Shown here piece by piece: positions 59,448-64,000 of a stretch of DNA of 64,000 nucleotides (position 1 is its first letter; each line of letters opens with the position of its first letter). The notes beneath the pieces are model-generated. The model saw only the letters and a list, made by a program, of their open reading frames with translations, had not been told where the DNA came from and searched no databases. Origin of the DNA: Alphaproteobacteria bacterium (GTDB taxonomy: Bacteria > Pseudomonadota > Alphaproteobacteria > Bin95); the NCBI GenBank assembly GCA_963665325.3, contig CAXXWS020000003.1, positions 608,001-672,000 on the forward strand. The letters are read 5' to 3'. Both the position numbers and the translations under genes were made by a program.

Positions 59448-61433
59448 CTAACCCCCTTGGGCCGTGCGCCGGCGGGCGCGCCGGGCGTATGCGACCACCA
59501 CAGCGAAGATGGCGACCAGCGCCGGGACGAGAGCGATGTTGATGAGTTCCAGCCGCGAGGTCAGCGCCTCGACATCGCGGCGCAGGCGGTGCTGGACATC
59601 GCGAAGTTCGCGGCGCAGGCGGATCACGTCGGCGCGCAGGGTCTTGAGCGAGCTAGTCTGGGCCGTTGTCATCACCACCTGCTCTTCCGACGAAGGATCC
59701 CTCTCGAGCCGGTTCAGCCGCTGCAGCGCCTCCTCCAGACGGTCGAGCAGTTCCTTTTCCTTTGCCCGGTGCTTGCTCTCCGCCTCGCGCCTGATGTCGT
59801 CCACCAGGGTGAAGGGGCGCTGGAAACTGCCGCGCGAACGCAGCGAGACGAGATCGTCCCGCCCGGTCATGTTTTCGACCGCATTCAGGAAGAAGGCCGC
59901 ATTGTCGGCCACCGCCTGGCCGGTGCGCCCGCCGTCCAGCGCGCTCGCGACCATCCACATCGGGTCGGCGAGCATGTCGACATCGGCCACCGCGATGACA
60001 TCCATCGGCGCAGCGGACCGCGCCAGATGAGCCGCCTTCAGGGCTTCCCACGCGGCCCTGGCCTCTTCGTCGACTTCCGGCTCTTCGCCCTCGGCCGCCT
60101 GCTCTCCGTCGTCCTTCGCCTTCGGCTCCGGCGGCCCGTCGGGGAAAGCGCTTTCGACTTCGCCCGAAAGCCTCGCGGCCAGAACCAGCGGTTCCTCGGC
60201 CGGCTTGAAGGCGTGGAGAACGGCGAGCGGATCGACGGGCCCCTGCAACAGCGACACCGGCACGGTGCCGCCGTCCTTCGAGGTGGTCACGAGCGGCGTC
60301 ACCGAGGCGCCGGCGCTGTCGAGCAACCGGAAATGGCCGGGCGAGGCGATGTTCAGGAGCGAGAGATCCGCCGCGATCGAATCCGCGCGCGAGATCCCCC
60401 TCCTGTCGATGCCGAGCCATAGCGGATAGTCCACCGCCATCAGCCGGGTTTGCGACCGGTCGGGCACCTGCACCCGGCGCGCGAGGCTGGAATCGCCCGC
60501 CAGCTCGCCCGCCGGCATCTCTATGCCCCATGCCTCGAACAACCGCCCGAGATTGGAGGCGAAACCGGCTGGCGGCCTCCCGCGGCGGGGATCCTGCACG
60601 TTTTGCGCCTCGCCCTCGGAGTGCGGGTCCACGAAGACGAGCAGCTTGCCGCCGCGCAGGACAAACTGGTCGAGCGCGTAGAGGGTTTCGTCGGTGAGGT
60701 GCTTGGGATGCACGAGCACGACCACATCGATACCCTCCGGCACCGATGTCGCCGTGCTGATGATCTGGCGCACATCCACCGAAGCCAGCAGCAGGTTGTA
60801 GATCGTCCAGGCGTCGTTCTGGCCGCGGCCGGACTGGGACATCGGCGATCCCGCAATCGGCAGGCCGGTAATCAGCCCGACGGCGGGCCGCTCCGGATTG
60901 GCCAGGCTGTGGACGATGCGCGCGATGTCGTATTCGAGGTCGCGCTCGCGGGCCTCGTCGAAGAACGGGATCAGTTCGACATCGTCCGTCGAGTTGGTGC
61001 CGGCGAGGCCGAAAAAGACGCGCTCCCCGGTGCGGTCCACGGGAAGGCCCTGGAGGCCGAAGGCATCGGCCCGGTCCTCGGCGTCGGTGAACGGCTCGGG
61101 ATCGAAGACCTGCAGTTCGATCTTGCCGTCGGAAATGGCGGCGAATTCCTCTAGCAGGTCGCGCACATGGCGCGCATAGACGCCCACCTGCGGGATTTCC
61201 CGCGCGATCCGGCTGGAAAAGTAGAAGCGGAGCACGATCGGCTCGTCGATGCTGCTCGCCACCCGCTTCGAATCCTCCGCAAGCGTGAAGGCGCCCTCTT
61301 CGGTCAGGTCGAGGCGCGCATGGCGCAACAGCCGGTCCGTCAGGGTGACCCCCGCCAGGAACAATATCGCCAGCAGGACCAACGCCAGCCTGGCGAACAG
61401 GCCGCGTTGCCGGGAACGCTCCATCGCCGCCAT
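59448..61433 (-). CDS. GldG-like ABC-type auxiliary component
   Basis: RLDLTEEGAFTL, DPEPFTDAED, LEYDIAR, LDQFVLRGG, C-terminal coiled coil and TM. Confidence 0.85.
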   Translation of the reverse strand: MAAMERSRQRGLFARLALVLLAILFLAGVTLTDRLLRHARLDLTEEGAFTLAEDSKRVASSIDEPIVLRFYFSSRIAREIPQVGVYARHVRDLLEEFAAISDGKIELQVFDPEPFTDAEDRADAFGLQGLPVDRTGERVFFGLAGTNSTDDVELIPFFDEARERDLEYDIARIVHSLANPERPAVGLITGLPIAGSPMSQSGRGQNDAWTIYNLLLASVDVRQIISTATSVPEGIDVVVLVHPKHLTDETLYALDQFVLRGGKLLVFVDPHSEGEAQNVQDPRRGRPPAGFASNLGRLFEAWGIEMPAGELAGDSSLARRVQVPDRSQTRLMAVDYPLWLGIDRRGISRADSIAADLSLLNIASPGHFRLLDSAGASVTPLVTTSKDGGTVPVSLLQGPVDPLAVLHAFKPAEEPLVLAARLSGEVESAFPDGPPEPKAKDDGEQAAEGEEPEVDEEARAAWEALKAAHLARSAAPMDVIAVADVDMLADPMWMVASALDGGRTGQAVADNAAFFLNAVENMTGRDDLVSLRSRGSFQRPFTLVDDIRREAESKHRAKEKELLDRLEEALQRLNRLERDPSSEEQVVMTTAQTSSLKTLRADVIRLRRELRDVQHRLRRDVEALTSRLELINIALVPALVAIFAVVVAYARRARRRTAQGG

Positions 61434-61437
61434 CGCC

Positions 61438-62172
61438 TCAGTCCGCCTTCTTCAGATCGACCGTTATGGCGGCCGCGGCCAGCCAGATGCCGATTGCGAG
61501 CGCGTAATAGACGAGGTCCCTGAGGTCGATTACGCCTTTGACGATATTGTTGAAGTGGCTGAGCAGGCTGAACGAGGCGAGCGTTTCCAGAAGTTCCGCC
61601 GGAACCGCGTCTCCCAGGACAGGCCGCACGACTCCGGCGCCCAGCACATTGAACAGGAAACACACGGTCACGGTCAGCACGAAGGCGATCACCTGGTTCC
61701 GGGTGAGCGCGGAGAGGCACGAACCGATGGCGAGATAGGCGCCGGCCATCAGGAAGGAGCCGATATAGCTGGCCGCGACGACCCCGTTGTCCGGCTCCCC
61801 CAGATAGTTGACCGTGAGCCAGATCGGGAAGGTCAGCGCCAGCGCCAGCCCCGCGAACATCCACGCCGCCAGGAACTTTCCGACCACGGCTGCAGCGGTC
61901 GAGACCGGCAGGGTCAGGAACAGTTCGATCGTGCCGGTCTTGCGCTCCTCGGACCACAGCCGCATCGAAATCGCCGGCATGAAGAAGAGGTAGAGCCAGG
62001 GGTGCCACTGGAAGAATGACAGCAGGTCCGCCCGACCGCGCTCGAAGAAGGCGCCGACATAGAAGGTCAGCGCCGCCGCCAGCGCCAGGAAGAGGACAAT
62101 GAACACATAGGCGACCGGCGTGATGAAATAGCCGGCGAACTCCCGCCGGAACACATGGGCGACGCTAGACAT
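61438..62172 (-). CDS. GldF-like ABC transporter permease
   Basis: REFAGYFITPVAYVF, MRLWSEERKTGTIELF, GKFLA, TRNQVIAF. Confidence 0.9.
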   Translation of the reverse strand: MSSVAHVFRREFAGYFITPVAYVFIVLFLALAAALTFYVGAFFERGRADLLSFFQWHPWLYLFFMPAISMRLWSEERKTGTIELFLTLPVSTAAAVVGKFLAAWMFAGLALALTFPIWLTVNYLGEPDNGVVAASYIGSFLMAGAYLAIGSCLSALTRNQVIAFVLTVTVCFLFNVLGAGVVRPVLGDAVPAELLETLASFSLLSHFNNIVKGVIDLRDLVYYALAIGIWLAAAAITVDLKKAD

Positions 62173-63130
62173 GCTCAGGCGCCTCCCCTTCGGGCTGCGT
62201 CATGCGCCGGAAGACGTCGTCGAGCGCCCCGGTCTCCGTCCGTAGGTCGTTCACCTCCCAGCCGTGGGCCTGAATCAGCAGCCCGACATCCGCAAGGATG
62301 GGCCCGCCGTCGCGGGAGAGCGCCGTAAGGCGCACGGCGTCGGGGTCCGCCTGCCTGCGTTCTACCGCCTCCACCCGGTCCAGACCCTCGAGCGAGGCGG
62401 CGGCAGCATCGGCGAACCGGGCGCCGAGCGTCAGCGAAACGGCGTTGTGCAGCGGCGACCAGGCGGCGAGGTCCGCGGGCGCGGCATCCGCCAGCAGCCG
62501 GCCCCCGGCGATGATTGCCGCCCTGGTGCAGACGGCATCGACCTCCTCGAGGATGTGGGTCGAGATCACGATGGCCTTGGAGGGGCGGATTTCGCGGATG
62601 AGCGCGCGCATTTCGTGTTTCTGGTTGGGGTCCAGCCCGTCGGTCGGCTCGTCCAGGATCAGCACCGGCGGGTCGTGCAGCAGCGCCTGGGCGAGGCCGA
62701 CACGGCGCTTGAAGCCCTTGGAAAGCGTATCGATGGGCTGGGCCAGCACCTCGGCGAGGGCGGTGCGCTCGACGGCCAGCCCAATGGCAGCCCGGCCCCG
62801 CCGGCCCGAGAGGCCCCGCATGGCGGCCACGAAGGCGAGAAAGGCGCCGGCGGTCATGTCGCCGTACAGCGGCGCGCCTTCCGGCAGGTAGCCCAGATTG
62901 CGCTTGGCCGGAATCGGGTGTTCAGTCACGTCGTGGCCGCAAATTGCCGCGCGGCCCTCGGTCGGCGCAAGGAACCCCGCGATCATCTTCATCGTCGTGG
63001 ACTTGCCCGCGCCGTTGGGTCCGAGAAAGCCGAGCACTTCGCCCGCGCCCACCTCTAGGTCCACGCGGTCCACGGCCACATGCGCATCGAAGCGCTTTGT
63101 CAGACCCTGTGCGGCAACCAGCGCCAACAT
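62165..63130 (-). CDS. GldA-like ABC transporter ATP-binding protein
   Basis: GPNGAGKST, LSKGFKRRVGLAQA, LDEPTDGLD, STHILEE. Confidence 0.92.
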   Translation of the reverse strand: MLALVAAQGLTKRFDAHVAVDRVDLEVGAGEVLGFLGPNGAGKSTTMKMIAGFLAPTEGRAAICGHDVTEHPIPAKRNLGYLPEGAPLYGDMTAGAFLAFVAAMRGLSGRRGRAAIGLAVERTALAEVLAQPIDTLSKGFKRRVGLAQALLHDPPVLILDEPTDGLDPNQKHEMRALIREIRPSKAIVISTHILEEVDAVCTRAAIIAGGRLLADAAPADLAAWSPLHNAVSLTLGARFADAAAASLEGLDRVEAVERRQADPDAVRLTALSRDGGPILADVGLLIQAHGWEVNDLRTETGALDDVFRRMTQPEGEAPEHV

Positions 63131-63256
63131 TCCATTCCCAATCCCGGCGGCCCCTCTGCGGGCCGCTCCGGCCGGCGCGGGAGATACCCAACCGCACCGC
63201 GACGCGCTACTTAACTATTGGTAAGGTTCCGCCCCCCAAGACCGGATCCTCATGCC

Positions 63257-64000
63257 ATGTCCGACGAACTTTACCGACTGACGGCCCGCGAAACGATCAC
63301 GAGGCTCAAGGCCGGCGAAATCACGCCGCTCGACGCCATCGACGCCGCGCTGGCGCGTATAGAGGCGGTTGACGGCCGGGTCAATGCGCTGCCGACGCTC
63401 GTCCCGGAACGCGCGCGCGACCGGGCCCGCAAGCTGATGGAGCGCCCGCCTGCCGAACGCGGCCTGCTGGCCGGCCTGCCGGTGGCTATCAAGGACCTGA
63501 ACCCGGTCGAGGGCGTGCGCACCACATACGGCTCGCCGATCTATGCGGACCATGTGCCGGACGCCTCGGACATCGCAGTGCTGCGGATCGAGGCCGCGGG
63601 CGGTATCGTGCTCGCGAAATCGAACACGCCCGAATTCGGCGCCGGCGGGCAGACCTTCAACGAGGTGTTCGGCGCGACCCGCAACCCCTGGAACACCTCG
63701 CTCACCTGCGCAGGCTCCTCGGGCGGTGCCGCGGTGGCGCTCGCCACGGGCCAGGTGTGGCTCGCGCACGGATCGGACCTCGGCGGCAGCCTCCGCACCC
63801 CGGGCGCCTTCTGCTCGGTGGTCGGCCTGCGTCCGTCGCCCGGCCGCGTGCCCAGGGGGCCTTCCGACGGCAGCTTCAACTACCTCTCCGTGAACGGCCC
63901 GATGGCGCGCAATGTCGCGGACGCCGCCCTGTTCCTGGATGTCATGGCCGGCCTCGATCCGCGCGACCCCCTGTCCTGGCCTGCCCCTTCCGTACCCTAC
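63257..64000 (+). CDS. Amidase signature family protein (runs off window end; not in ORF track)
   Basis: Hand translation MSDELYRLTARE..., PVAIKD, KSNTPEF, AGSSGG, GSDLGGSLR. Confidence 0.9.
   Translation, partial: MSDELYRLTARETITRLKAGEITPLDAIDAALARIEAVDGRVNALPTLVPERARDRARKLMERPPAERGLLAGLPVAIKDLNPVEGVRTTYGSPIYADHVPDASDIAVLRIEAAGGIVLAKSNTPEFGAGGQTFNEVFGATRNPWNTSLTCAGSSGGAAVALATGQVWLAHGSDLGGSLRTPGAFCSVVGLRPSPGRVPRGPSDGSFNYLSVNGPMARNVADAALFLDVMAGLDPRDPLSWPAPSVPY

Overview
High-GC (about 70% by eye) alphaproteobacterial chromosomal segment (inferred from regB/regA, the hdaA-purMN synteny, choXWV and class II DAHP synthase; probably Rhodospirillales-like). About 60 mostly metabolic genes: DAHP synthase-pncB-nadE; an SDR/amidohydrolase/DMSP-lyase-like cupin/Baeyer-Villiger monooxygenase run; DUF2066-pgsA-like-AI-2E-hdaA divergent from purMN; scattered cobalamin genes (cobK, cbiD, cobA, cobB) mixed with a DehI-like gene, a secreted phytochelatin synthase and a vapBC pair; choXWV-betA; an Hsp20 with an RpoH promoter and ROSE-like hairpin; an orphan formate dehydrogenase alpha subunit; lipid and surface-glycan enzymes; a sulfatase split by an intact IS1634 element; TauD, MBL, CoA-transferase, ComB; regBA; a Gld-like ABC system and a partial amidase. 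The most unusual structure is a 792-bp transposase-free cassette (6132-6923) bounded by 26-bp terminal inverted repeats and a TTTAATT target duplication whose only cargo is a Phd-VapC toxin-antitoxin operon with its promoter. No rRNA, tRNA or CRISPR array was seen. Several start codons were re-called by eye from the ORF track.
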